A DNA stretch of 64,000 nt. Source: Rhynchobatus australiae (Eukaryota). The stretch spans positions 125,328,024 to 125,392,023 of the forward strand of contig JAUZTB010000001.1 in the NCBI GenBank assembly GCA_034780895.1, written 5' to 3'. How positions within the stretch are numbered: position 1 is the stretch's first letter; each line of letters begins with the position of its first letter. Shown here piece by piece: positions 26,661-38,863 of the stretch. The translations under genes and the position numbers were made by a program. Below the pieces are notes generated by a model. That model did not search any database and had not been told where the DNA came from. It saw nothing but the letters and a program-made list of their open reading frames with translations.

Positions 26661-26779
26661 TGGACAGTTTAAAACACAGGGAGACATTCAGTTCGCTCAT
26701 GCTCTTCCTCGCCACACAAGGATTATTTTAAAATTTGAGTGTTGCCGTTTGCAGCAAAAAAGAGAAAGAAGACTCGGAG

Positions 26780-27555
26780 TCGTTGGTGCTCGGTCTGCAA
26801 ACCGTGCCAGACAAACTTGTCTGTGACCAGCTTGATGGACGCTCTAATGGATGGGTGTGCCAGGCCATGCAATTCGTCGAAAATCCATCTCCTCCACACT
26901 GCCAGCACCACGGGTCGTGCTCTGCCAGTAGATATGTTGCAGAGGAGCCGAACTGCTGCTGGGCCTATCCGGACATCCTCCAGGTGGAGCCCTGAGACGG
27001 CGGTGCAGTATGCCGGGATTTCGGCGTCTGCCTGTTGTGCCTGGGCCAGTGCTTTGTAGTTGATACCGGCCGTCGCCGTGGTCACGGAGTGGATGCTGGG
27101 GCAGGACAGGGCGTTGGCGACCACATTGTTCTTCCCTGTAATATGCCTGATGTCCGTGGTGAACTCTGAGATGGACGAAAGGTGCCTTTGCTGCCGGGCC
27201 GATGCCTTTGCGAAAGCGAAGGTGAGGGGCTTGTGGTCTGTATATACCGTGAATCTCCTTCCCTTGAGGAAGTACCGGAAATGCTGGGCCGCCAGGTAGA
27301 GGGCAAACAGTTCTCTGTCGAAGGCGCTGTACTTCATTTCCAGTGGTCTCAAATAGCGGCTGAAGAATGCGAGCGGTTTCCACTTGCCTCGACGAGCTGT
27401 TCCAGGATGCCGCCGATCACCGTGTTGGAGGCATCGACCATGAGCGCCGTAGACATGTCGACTCTCGGGTGCACCAGGAGGGTTGCTTCCACTGAAGCCT
27501 CCTTGGTCCGTTCGAAAGCTTCCATGGCCTCCACGTCCCAGTGCACCTCCTTGGC
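26780..27555 (-). mobile_element. Ty3/Gypsy pol fragment (RT connection, RNase H, integrase HHCC start), frameshifted
   Basis: VDASNTVIGGILEQ; KYSAFDRELFALYLAAQHFRYFLKGRRFTVYTDHKPL; HITGKNNVVANALS; HGLAHPSIRAS..FVWHGL; frameshift near 27350-27390. Confidence 0.93.
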
Positions 27556-28069
27556 TAAATCATTGCTACTGAGTAAGCAGGCTGGGAGAATTGAAGTGTG
27601 AATCCTTTCCCCCAGGCGGATAGGGTTAAAATCGTGCCCTGATTATCCCATGAGTAATTACATGGCCCAAGTTCAGCATTCCCTTCTCATTGCCCCCACT
27701 GCTGAGAACATAGGTTGGAGAGGAGAAGCTGATTAATTTCCTGCAGATGTTGACAGCAGTGATAATATCGCAGTTCTGTGCTTTCTGCTTTACAAGCAGA
27801 TTGTGCGCTAGTTGTGCTGGGTTTCATGCAATCTGTTGGAGAGAATAATTTATTGTCAAATCCACTGGGAGAAAGACTTAATGTATTCCATTGCTCTACT
27901 TCATAGATCGCAAGACTGCACAAGTCCACATTTTAATTTTAAGCAGAGATTGGTTTTCAGTAAAACTACATCCCCAGTATATGTTGCAATAAATTCTAAG
28001 CTAGGTATCATCCATATATTTTGTGATATAGTTGTAAATATTGCTGACACTGGATGATTTATTTCATTT

Positions 28070-28500
28070 TATTCCTTTTACAGGATCTTGGCTTTATAAG
28101 CAAACCACATTTATTGCTTATCCCAAACTTCCCTTTGCGAGGCACCTTTCTGAACCACTGCAGTCCTTCGGGTGAATGCATTCCTTTCGTGCTGCTGGGG
28201 TGGTGAGTTCCAGGATTGAGAATGATCTATTTCCAAGTCAGGTTGGTTTGCGACTTGGAAGGGAACCTGCAGGTGGTGGTGTTCAATGCACCTGCAGTCC
28301 TTGTTCTTCTTGCTGCCTGATTCGCATGCTTAACGTTTGCCGTACAGGTAACTTGGAGAATAAATGCAAAGTATTTTGTAGATGGTTCACTGTGCAACCA
28401 CGATACACCCATTGCTGAATGAATATTGAGGACAGTGGACTGCACGCCAATCAAGTAGGTTCATCCTGGATTGTGTTGGGCTTCTTAAGTGTTGTGGAGC
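28070..28500 (-). mobile_element. LINE 3' fragment (elasmobranch family also seen at about 19230-19480, 23140-23500 and 63180-63500)
   Basis: Shared GACTTGGAAGGGAACCTGCAGGTGGTGGTGTTC and CATTTATTGCTTATCCC motifs. Confidence 0.55.
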
Positions 28501-28619
28501 TGCANNNNNNNNNNNNNNNNNNNNNNNNNNNNNCGACCTTTTGCCCATCTACCTTATTTCCCTGTACCCCTGTAAATGAATCACTTTCTTATATGCCCCT
28601 CTCCTTTCATGCTTCTTGC

Positions 28620-28975
28620 AATTAACCTACACCAGGGGTAATTTACAGCAGGCAGTTAACCTACCAGCATATCTATAAGCATGGGAGGAAATCAGAGCAC
28701 CCAGGGGAAACCCACACAGTCACAGAAAGAACCTGCAAGCCCTGCACGGATGGTATCCAAGGTTAAGATGNNNNNNNNNNNNNNNNNNNNNNNNNNNNNN
28801 NNNNNNNNNNNNNNNNNNNNNNNNNNNNNNNNNNNNNNNNNNNNNNNNNNNNNNNNNNNNNNNNNNNNNNCAGAAAGAACCTGCAAGCCCTGCACGGATG
28901 GTATCCAAGGTTAAGATGAAACCCGTATCCCTGGAACCATGAGGCAGCAGTGCTAACTGCTGTGCCACCACATCG
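28620..28975 (-). mobile_element. V-SINE with internal tandem duplication
   Basis: CAGAAAGAACCTGCAAGCCCTGCACGGATGGTATCCAAGGTTAAGATG at both 28723-28770 and 28871-28918; tRNA head at 28920-28970. Confidence 0.8.
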
Positions 28976-31672
28976 CCCATCGCACTCCTGATTTATGTCT
29001 TGTAGTTGTCGGAGATGCTTTGGTAGGTCACTCACCACAGAATATCTAACCTCCGCAGCTGTGGGACTTCTGTAGCGGATCCAGTTAAGTTCTGGTCAAT
29101 GATCACCCCCAAAATGTTGATGTTATCATCTCAGTGTGGGTTTTCCATTGAATATAAAAGATCAGTGGTTGGTCTCTCTGTATGCAGAAGGCAACTACCT
29201 GGCACTTGTCTGGCATCAATGTTAGTTAATTGGCACATGTTTCACATTATGTTTACCTCACATAATCTTCTGATGTTCCTCTCTCCTTCTGTAATAGTTA
29301 TATTTTTGCCTCTCACTTTCCCAAAGGTTGATTCTTTTCATCAATTCTTGGTAATATTCTCCGTAATCTATTATTTCAAATACTTCCATGCAATTCTTTT
29401 GTCCGTCTTCGGTCTTTCTTGACTGCTGGTTCCACAACATTATTTTGACCACCCCGACTTGGATTGTTTTAGCATCCCTTCATTGTTGCAGGGCCAAACA
29501 CCAGGAACTGCTCACCTACAGCTAAGAAAGGGCACCCACACCACAAGGGATGCAGCAGTTGAAATGTAAACCCCACCACCATTCAATAGCAACAAGAAAT
29601 GGGGGAGTGAACCCCAGCCTTGTCAGTGATGCCCATATCCCAAAGAAGAGTTTACTGACAAAAGATGCTCTCTCTGCAACGATATTGTTGCTGTTTCAGG
29701 TGAATGTCCTGAACTTATCCTCGTAGTTTCTTATGAAGGAGAAGGAGGCCCTTCTGCCCATTGTGTCTATGCCAGCTCTCAGAGCAATTCCATTGATCTC
29801 ATTCTCCTGCCCTTATTTCCATGTAACCTATTTATCCCTTTCATATATTTTTCTTTGATTAAGAACTCACTCCAAAGCTTCAATAACACTTCAAAATATT
29901 TATCTGAGAGTTGTGATTATGATCTTGGGTGTATGGCTATTAAAGGCACAAGTGTAAGCTTTAAGCTGTTTAGTTAATTAAAATGGGAAGATGTGATAAT
30001 GAATTGATGGGAGTTTTGACTGTGATCATCCCACATGGTAGCTACTCACACTTCATTTTGAAAGTAAACACAACTTTGATGTACAAAATTGACTGAACAG
30101 GTTCAAAGCTATTAAATGGATCAGACAAAGATAGCAATACTACCGTTGGCCCTTTTCTGCATACCAATATGATAATTTCTAAAACAAAATGAAGCTGAAT
30201 AAAAATCAATCATCATCCTTTTTTTTAGATTTATCATTTATCCTCAGGTTGTTTAAAAGTGCTTTAATATTATGCTAAAAATTTTTAATAAATATTTATA
30301 ATATTTTCANNNNNNNNNNAGTGCTTTAATATTATATCATTTTGAAACCAATTTTTTAGGCAAATAATATAAGCCAATTAGTGCCCAGTAAGATCCCACA
30401 GACAAAATAAAACTAAATTAATAGGTCATTTGTTTGTTGGGATATTGAGAGCACTCTGAGAATCCCTTCTGTCTTACCAATACGGTCATGGTAGATTTTT
30501 GCTTTCATCTTTAAAAGCTACTGAATCTTCAGTAGAGTGTTTAATACAATAGGCCAGGCCTGTGGCAATGGCAGAATTTCCTCAGGAATCTGGTTTTTGT
30601 ACTTAAGTACAGAGGGAAGGATGAACCAGCTACTTTCTTACTTGGAGGCAAGATTGCTAACCACGTTTCATTTCAAAAGAAAGTTCAACCAAGTAATCAT
30701 ATCATCAATTGTGCTGATGACTTGGCTGAATGCTTGCAGATTTATTATAGTTATAGCAGAATCAAATATTTATTTTGTTAACGACAAAAAGTTTCCATAG
30801 GAAAGATACTTGCATCACACTGCTGGTTGCTTTTACCCTATCTTGAATGAAGAATTATGCTGCCATTGAACGAACCCTATTCAAAATATCTCACACAATA
30901 TAGTTACATTAAAGTCTGTTACAATGGGTTTTAGATTGCTGATCTCTCTATTCTTTTGCCCTTTAGAAATAATATCTTTAAGTGGAGGCAGATTGCATCA
31001 TATCTCATTGAAATTCAGACATTTACCAAACAAGAGAATAGCATTATGGATACATCAGATCCCTTAAATTGGACATGGACATTCAACCTGTGACACAGAC
31101 TGAGTTACTTTCCGATTGTGGAAAATGGCATTCACAAGTGTTGACTGTTATGATTATATCTCTTTATTTCTTTGTGGAATAAAAACCCTATTTAGTTATT
31201 CTCTTCTATTATTCTGAAAATAAGGCCAATCACTATAAATAGACAGCTAATTATTCTGGCCATCTATTGAATTCCAGGCTTTGTGCCACATAGAATGAAC
31301 CTTATTTGTTTTTGGACATCTTCAATTACTAACCCAAACAGCAGAAAGCTATTTGTCCAGCCATCTATGAAAAATTAACTATTTGTGCCACCAAAAGAAA
31401 TATTTTATAGTGATCACAATGCAGTGATGAAAGAAAAAAAATTGCTTTCACTGCTGGTCAATACCAATGTTCCATCCAAAGTCACAGATGGTTTTTTCAG
31501 AACCTAATCTGCTTTTTATATAAATGGAACTATTTCATCTTTTATAAGTGATATATTTTAAAACACTCATATTTTAATTTAACCTTATCATTCTGAAATG
31601 CCTTAATTTATGATATTAACACATTATGTGGATTCAGCGCAATCAAAATTCTTCCCCAAAAGATGTTCAGGA

Positions 31673-31760
31673 TCAGAATCAGAATCAGGTTTATTATCAC
31701 TGACATATGTCATGAAATTTGCTATCTTTTGGCAAGACATAAAAATTACTTTAAGTTACA
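31673..31760 (-). mobile_element. Rex1/Babar-type LINE 3' tail
   Basis: (ATCAGA)n GGTTTATTATCACTGACATATGTCATGAAATTT. Confidence 0.55.
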
Positions 31761-32099
31761 AAAATTAAAAACTATAAGTTAAAGAACATCTTATAAAGAG
31801 GACATGGGAAAAGCAACATTTTATATGATGCTTATATGTATATTTACCATTATAAGGGAAGTAATTGAATGCCTGGTAGTCTTGTATTCTACCAATTCTA
31901 AACCTTTAACAAATGCACCTTAGAAGTGCTGATCTTTCCATGCTATCTAAGATGCTATATTTTCTATTTTCACTTGGAGAGCTCTCCTCTTTCAGTCATG
32001 GTCTCTGACCTTAACCTGGTTATAGTAGTTGTAGAATTGGCTCCTGGCTTCATATTTTGCTTATCAAGTGCACAGTACCAATATCTCTAACAGACAGAC

Positions 32100-32480
32100 C
32101 ACATCATGCGAATGCCCAACAACAGACGTTCTAAAACAGACATACTATTCTGGGTTTTGGCACAGCAAGGGAGTACCAGGTGGCCAGAGGAAAATGTTCC
32201 CAAAGCATCCTTGAAGAAATGCAAAATCCAACTGTCTCCTGGGAATCCCTGTCCCATGGCTGCTCAAAGTGGAGGAGAAGCATTTGGAAAAGCATTGAGA
32301 ACTTTGGATACATGTATCAGGAGCATACAGAAGCCCAGCAAAAATGACGGAAGAAACACCATATGTCCCAAACTACCCAACCGCCTGTCCGGTCAAACAC
32401 CTCCTGCCTGCCTGCGGTGGTCTCTGCAGATTCCACATTGGCCTTACCATCCACAGAACAGGAGTGGGAGGAAATCATTC
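32100..32480 (+). mobile_element. RTE-clade LINE 3' fragment
   Basis: RMPNNR..., GGQR-like and KASLKKC motifs of the RTE ORF C-terminus, with frameshifts. Confidence 0.7.
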
Positions 32481-32748
32481 AGTCATTCACCACTCCAAGG
32501 TACTCCCTTAAAAGCATTTGTAGTAATTCACCAATATGCGGTTAATTTTAAACAATATTTCATACGTGGCGCGAGAGACAGCGAATTTTGAAGATTTTGA
32601 TGCGTTCCCTTCCTTGGTCAGACTAGCATGAATGAGTGAAGGTGGAAATTTTCCCACTTGGCTAGTGGTACATTCAGTGAAGCAAAATGCCCAGGTGCCT
32701 GGTTTCCAGGTGACTCCCATATGAAAAGCATAGGTGGAAGTTGGGAGA

Positions 32749-32762
32749 GCGCCATCTATTGC
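32749..32762 (-). promoter_or_regulatory. Candidate CTCF site
   Basis: Reverse strand GCAATAGATGGCGC, with the core AGATGGCGC. Confidence 0.35.
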
Positions 32763-34339
32763 TTTCAAGCTTTACTGCCAGGGAAATCTGAACAGGTGAG
32801 GTCAACAGAGGGGATATTTACTCTTCAGCATGCACTCAAAAACAAATTAAATTTTTGATGGTGAAAATAATGGTTAATTTTGTGAAACACTACTTATTTA
32901 TAATGATTTATTGGTCAAGGAGTTTCAGTAAACCTGGGTCTCGGAACTGCAGATGAGGCTTTGAGCTGGACAGTCATCAGTTACACTAAAATGAAAAGAA
33001 TATACTGGAAATCTGAAATAATGCTGCAAATATAGAACAGCTCAAAGAGAGAAAAGTCAAATTATAATAAATCAATTTTGCCGCTCTCCTTTATATTTTG
33101 AGCACATTCTCTTTCTATAACGAGTGGAAGGAATGATCAAAGGCAATAAAAATCTTTTTTTTAAATGCTTTCACTTATTAATAATATTGGAGGAGAGAAA
33201 CGACGAGGGCAAGGGTGGGTTAGGCAGGAAGTCATATCATGAAATCCACAGGAAAATAACCAATTAGAGTTAGCAGTATTAAGAGCAATAGAAATAATGC
33301 CTAAACATTATGACCCTGATTCATTCCTGACTCAGTTTGGTCCATTTTACAATTCATCCTTAACATTAGTTCAAAGAAGTTTCTATCTTGCACGAGTGTT
33401 ATTGTTTGATGACAAATGCACCTTTAAATATTTTTGGTGTTCAATCCCCATGAGGCTTTTGTGGTAACCTAATGATTAAGAGATAACCTCCATCAGCAAC
33501 ATTCACTCATTTCCTGTAATAAATATTATGTTGTACTTCCAATTTCCTGGCAATTATCTGGAGCCTACAAGGAGTGAGATGACTGAAGGCTCAGACCGAT
33601 ATCAGAGGTAATCCTGAAGCAAATCATGTTTGGTATCTAAAGAATCAAAGTCCCAGTCCCTAAATTGCACTGGCACTAAGCATCTNNNNNNNNNNNNNNN
33701 NNNNNNNNNNNNNNNNNNNNNNNNNNNNNNNNNNNNNNNNNNNNNNNNNNNNNNNNNNNNNNNNNNNNNNNNNNNNNNNNNNNNNNNNNNNNNNNNNNNN
33801 NNNNNNNNNNNNNNNNNNNNNNNNNNNNNNNNNNNNNNNNNNNNNNNNNNNNNNNNNNNNNNNNNNNNNNNNNNNNNNNNNNNNNNNNNNNNNNNNNNNN
33901 NNNNNNNNNNNNNNNNNNNNNNNNNNNNNNNNNNNNNNNNNNNNNNNNNNNNNNNNNNNNNNNNNNNNNNNNNNNNNNNNNNNNNNNNNNNNNNNNNNNN
34001 NNNNNNNNNNNNNNNNNNNNNNNNNNNNNNNNNNNNNNNNNNNNNNNNNNNNNNNNNNNNNNNNNNNNNNNNNNNNNNNNNNNNNNNNNNNNNNNNNNNN
34101 NNNNNNNNNNNNNNNNNNNNNNNNTTGAAAGATGTCAGGCTACTAGGAGATGAAGAAACAATTATGTTTGTGGTCACAGAATGGCAAAGGGAGGACTAAA
34201 TTGATTGTAAATTTAAAATATCCATTTACTATTCTGCAATTCTAAGTCTTTTTTTTCTCACAGACCATTACACTGTTTCTTTTTGTGAGTTAGTTCATTC
34301 AAAATAGCAATAATACCAAAAAAGGTTTCACTTTGAAGC

Positions 34340-34750
34340 TCTTGCGTATGTGTTCACAGGTATACTTATGTTTGTTAGTGCACATATTGCTGTGTACATT
34401 GATGCACTTCTATAGTTTATCTATATGTGTGTGTATGTATGTGTGTTTGCAAATGAATACACATATTCATTGCAAATGGTTATAAGTAGATACACATGTG
34501 TATGTCTCTGTATACATGTGAATGTCTGCATGTGTATTTGTGCACAAATATCTGTGTACATGCACATGGACATGTGTCAATATGTGCATGTCTGTATTTG
34601 TATCTGATAGCACATCTCTGTGAATGTGTACTCATGTACATCCTTCTGTACAATGTGCATCATTCTGTACAATGTGCATATTCACCTGCATTTCTATGCT
34701 TCTCTTTCTATGTATTTGTGTTAATCTGTAATTATCTTTGTGCATGTGTG
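34340..34750. repeat. Decayed (TG/TA/CA) purine-pyrimidine repeat
   Basis: TGTGTGTATGTATGTGTG...TGTACATGCACATG low complexity. Confidence 0.75.
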
Positions 34751-35859
34751 GAAGTCAATGTAGTTATGAACAATAATCCATAGTAACTCTAATACGTAAC
34801 TGAAAATAAAATCTACTCAAATCTTTTGGGGTTCAAGTCACAAAGTAATTGCTCTTATTCAAATGGGATTTATAATTTTATAGATTCTTTTTCAAAATAA
34901 AAGTAGCATTAGGTTGTTTAATACTGTGCATTGATACAATTGTTTTATTATATGGTTAAAGCAATATCCCTAATACCACAAAGACGGAAAGAGGAGGAAA
35001 AACAATGAAACAAATTGAGACACTTAAATCAATAATTTACATCTCTCCTTGAACCAGTAATTGAGTTTCTTCCTTAGAGTTAATTTTACACCATTGAGGG
35101 TTTATTGTGAATTTCTCTAAAGCCATTGGAGGATTAATCGGCATACTATTTATAATTTCTGAAAATAAAAGTACCTCTTAACCCATTACTAAACCACATG
35201 ATCATTTTCAATAGCCTTTTCTTTCTATNNNNNNNNNNNNNNNNNNNNNNNNNNTCAGTGTAATAAGGCATCACATTACACAACTTGCTGCAAGGATAGA
35301 CATTTCATCAGTGACCCATGGGATATTCGGACAAATAAATTTCTTGCCATAAAAGTGATCGTGGGTGCCATGTTCTTTTGATTATGAGATTCGCTTGTTA
35401 AACATACTGTGCTTATTATTTGCTCTGGTCATTCAATGATTAGATACTATTCTGACTTGAGGAAATGTTGCCAATATCTTTAAAATCATTCTTTTTTTTA
35501 GCATTTTAGTCAATATGCTGCCATCTGTCATTTTTAATACAATCACAGCTGAATATCCACATCCCAAATGGCTGCTAGCAGATTCAGTAGCTGTCAGCAT
35601 GTTTACTGGACTGTCAGTTTACTTGATGTTAAAAAAGGGTATTAATAACCTTAACTGTAAAGGTCAGTTCCCAAAATGTGATGTAATTAGTCTAAAAGGG
35701 ACAGATCTATTCTTCAGCAGGGGAAACACAGTGAGACTCGAATCGTATTCCAGTGCATATTCAGTCTGTTGAATCTTATGAACTTATTCATGCATTAGCA
35801 GGATGTTGCCAAGGAAATATCTCACAACATAGGGTTGGTTACTCAAGACAAAAATTAGA

Positions 35860-36065
35860 AGAAAGTTTTCCACTTAGAGAGTATTCAATCTTTGGAAGTT
35901 GTTCCCAAAAAGGTCTGTGGATAGATTTTTAGATATTGACAGAATCAAGGGATATGAAGTTAGTACAGGAAAGTGGAGCTGAGTTAAAAGATTAGCCATA
36001 ATCTTATAGAATGGCAGGACAGGTATGAAGGGCTGAATGGCTTACTCCTGCTTCTATTTCTTTTA
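35860..36065 (+). mobile_element. CR1 LINE 3' tail
   Basis: AATCTTTGGAAG...GAATGGCAGGACAGGTATGAAGGGCTGAATGGCTTACTCCTGCTTCTA. Confidence 0.7.
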
Positions 36066-36124
36066 TTTACATTCTGATCTATATATGATAATAGCAAGTT
36101 TAATTTTCTGAGATAAATCAATGT

Positions 36125-36860
36125 CTGCCTGTCTACATCAATGGTGCTGAGGTTGAGAGATTCAAGTTCCTAGGAGCGAACATCACCAATAGTCTGTCTT
36201 GGTCTAACCACGTAGACACCATGGCCAAGAAAACTCACCAGCACCCCTACTTCATCAGGAGGCTAAAGAAATTAGGCATGTCACACCAATTTTTATTGAT
36301 GTACCATAGAAAACATCCTATCTGGATACATCATGGCTTGGTATGGCCCAGGACCCCAAGAAACTGCAGAGAATTGTGGACACGGCCCAATGCATCATGG
36401 AAACCAGCTTTCCCTCCTTGGACTCTGTCTTTACCTCTCGCTGCCTTGGTGTAGCAGCCAGCATAATCAAAGGACCCCACCCACCCGGGACATTCTCTCT
36501 TCTCTCCTCTCCCATCAGGTAGAAGATACAGGGGCCTGAGGGCACATACCACCAGACTTAAGGACAGCTTCTATCCCACTGTGATAAGACCATTGAATGG
36601 TTCCCTTATNNNNNNNNNNNNNNNNNNNNNNNNNNNNNNNNNNNNNNNNNNNNNNNNNNNNNNNNNNNNNNNNNNNNNNNNNNNNNNNNNNNNNNNNNNN
36701 NTTTACTCTGTATTCTGTTATTGTTTTTACCCTGCACTACCTCAATGCTTTCTGTACTACCTCAATGCACTGTGTAATGAATTGATCTGTATGAGCGGTA
36801 TGCAAGACAAGTTTTTCACTGTATCTCGGTCCAAGTGACAATAATAAACCAATACCAATG
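36125..36860 (+). mobile_element. Rex1/Babar LINE 3' fragment
   Basis: FKFLGANITNSLSWSNHVDTMAKKTHQ..YFIRRLKKLGM; PSGRRYR..HTTRLKDSFYP; tail CAATAATAAACCAATACC. Confidence 0.88.
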
Positions 36861-37869
36861 CAATACTTGACCCACCACCAGATCAAAAATGGAGCAAACA
36901 AACCACTCCAGTTTTGTTCCTTTCCTCCAAATAGTGCCCAACCTGTTGAATGGTTCCAAACCTTACTGACCTTAGTTTCAGATTTTCATTGTTTGCTGTT
37001 TATATTTTTAGTGTAACATTCAATCTACTGATGAATAAAAACTATGTGGAGCCAGTTTATGACATTGTGTCCACCTTTGTCAGAACACAGTTGCACAAAG
37101 ATTGACATTTTAGCCACTTTACTGCAAATTATCTGATAAAACAAATGAAAATTTAAAAATAAAACAATTTTCTTCCCATCTTTCACCTTTCCTCTCCCCT
37201 ATTTCCTTGCTGTGGTATTGGATTATGGACATTTGCATCATGGTGAGTATTCATTTAAGAGTCTTCAAATAATAAGTCACTTCATTAATTTTTTGGTACA
37301 GTACAAATTATGCCAATTTGCTTTGCTTATCACTATTTATACTCTTTTGAACAACCTCTACTGCTAGAATCTTAAATGTCTGTTATCCAACATAATGTTT
37401 CACGATTGCTAAAAGATAACAATTGTCTTTAAAATGCAATGGTATATTTTTACACTCTTGGAAAATTCAGAAGTCATGTCAAGTAACCATGTTCTGTAAA
37501 TAAACAAAGAGCCTACACGGGCTTGTTGAGCAGAACGGCATCCTTCTATGTTATAAGGAAATGAGGGAAAAATACATTGTTGAATGTATCCTGATTGAAA
37601 AGCGTTGTAAACTCATTTCACGCGTACAAGTATTGATCAGAGAGTGTTCTTGGCACAGATGGCATTTTAATTGATTTAAAGAAAAAATTGAGGTAACTGA
37701 AGGTTCGTACTTTATGCAAATGGTAACGTTATTAAGAATAGTGTTTGAATTAATGTTAGACAAAGATTGAACTAGCTGATTTCCTGGAAGTCCTTTGTCT
37801 GCTCCGAGTGAGAATATAACTAAATAATGCCAGGTGGTTTCTGGGGCTGCTCCTGCTCACTGGGTTTAC

Positions 37870-37950
37870 CTGGATTGGTTCTGCCTTGGACGCTGCTGGG
37901 ATTTCATTTGACTGTGCTCGATGTCACATCCGGCTGCTGGGACTTAAAAC
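37870..37950 (+). promoter_or_regulatory. Putative CHGA core promoter: inverted CCAAT, CRE-like, ETS, TATA-like
   Basis: GATTGG near 37873; CGATGTCA at 37919-37926 directly followed by CATCCGG; CTTAAAA at 37943-37949. The order resembles the mammalian CHGA CRE...TTCCGG...TATA module. Region is CpG-enriched. Confidence 0.55.
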
Positions 37951-38137
37951 TGGAGTTACTGCTGCAATCCACGCTGGTTCTAGAGAGCTGCAGGAGTCAG
38001 TCAGTCAGTCAGTTAGTTCATCGCATTGAATCTTTTGCCTTGTATTTCTGTTTTGCTTTTGAGGCGGGCTCTGGATTAAACGGCTTGGGCAGAGACTGCT
38101 TTGCACCCAATTAGCTGATGCACATTTTGCAAGAAAA

Positions 38138-38180
38138 ATGATCGCCCTGGTATTTTTCGTACTTTTACTCGCGAGGCAAG
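38138..38180 (+). CDS. CHGA: Chromogranin A, coding exon 1 (signal peptide)
   Basis: AAAATG then MIALVFFVLLLARQ (hydrophobic), ending G|gtaagg (phase 1). Joins exon 2 to give signal peptide ...ARQASS followed by mature SPV. Confidence 0.9.
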
Positions 38181-38298
38181 GTAAGGACGATTAATTGCTT
38201 CCCATTTTCTTGAGTCTAAATCCCATAGATTGTTACAATTTGTGTGTTCCTTTTTAAAAAAGAAAAAGTAGCCAATAAAGAGACGGCAATGACCCTGT

Positions 38299-38319
38299 TT
38301 CAGCACCAAGGACAGCGGG
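38299..38319 (+). promoter_or_regulatory. RE1/NRSE (REST binding site) in CHGA intron 1
   Basis: TTCAGCACCAAGGACAGCGGG vs consensus TTCAGCACCnnGGACAGCGCC. CHGA is an established REST target. Confidence 0.88.
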
Positions 38320-38598
38320 GTTTGCTGACGCTCCTACTCCCTTGGTCGCTGGCAGAGCAAGGGTGTATAATGAACAAGCAACCCTCTGTCCCACCAAAAT
38401 GATGCCGAGCGGGGTTTTGTTGCGCCTATAATGGTGCAGTACCAAGGAGCTGACTGTTTAAGTCAGTCTCTAGAAGCTCCAGTGCTCCATCATCGCTCTT
38501 AAGCCGCTAGCCCTTACATCCCATGCTGAAGCTTCTCTCGCATGGACAGTAGATTCGATTACACATCTTTCTCTGCTTTTTTCCCCCCCTTCCTGCAG

Positions 38599-38645
38599 CT
38601 TCCTCGTCCCCTGTACCCATCGAGCAATCGAAAGTCGACGCTAAG
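38599..38645 (+). CDS. CHGA: Chromogranin A, coding exon 2
   Basis: Polypyrimidine tract plus ctgcag acceptor; 47 bp; (A)SSSPVPIEQSKVDAK; donor AAG|gtaag. Same size and phase as human exon 2. Confidence 0.93.
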
Positions 38646-38769
38646 GTAAGACAGTCTCCGTGCGATTGTTGTTTGACCTCTTTCTGACCTTGATTGTCTT
38701 TTCCCTTGGGGGCCAGTTTCCCCTGAGCAACACGAACATCCAGGCACCTATTTTTTTTTTCCTTTGTAG

Positions 38770-38863
38770 GTAATGAATTGTGTTGTCGAGGTCATCTCCG
38801 ACACACTTTCGAAACCGAGCCCTTTGCCAATCAGCCAGGAGTGCATGGAGACTCTCAGGGGAG
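38770..38863 (+). CDS. CHGA: Chromogranin A, coding exon 3 (vasostatin disulfide loop)
   Basis: 94 bp; VMNCVVEVISDTLSKPSPLPISQECMETLRG vs human VMKCIVEVISDTLSKPSPMPVSQECFETLRG; tgtag acceptor and gtaggc donor. Confidence 0.98.

Larger units (their letters stand above)
37790..38830. promoter_or_regulatory. CpG-enriched region over the CHGA 5' end
   Basis: Visibly more CG dinucleotides than the CpG-depleted flanks (not computed). Confidence 0.55.

Noticed and set aside
1-37000. GOLGA5 exons expected upstream of CHGA by synteny
   Set aside because: No recognisable GOLGA5 peptide found by eye; it probably lies outside the window, though small exons could be missed.
37165-37250. Pyrimidine tract plus strong donor TG|gtgagt as an upstream CHGA exon
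   Set aside because: No AG acceptor after the tract and no promoter features; unsupported without transcript data.
37827-38114. 95-aa ORF as CHGA first exon
   Set aside because: It spans the putative promoter and has no suitable donor; the ATG at 38138 gives a proper signal peptide and the correct phase.
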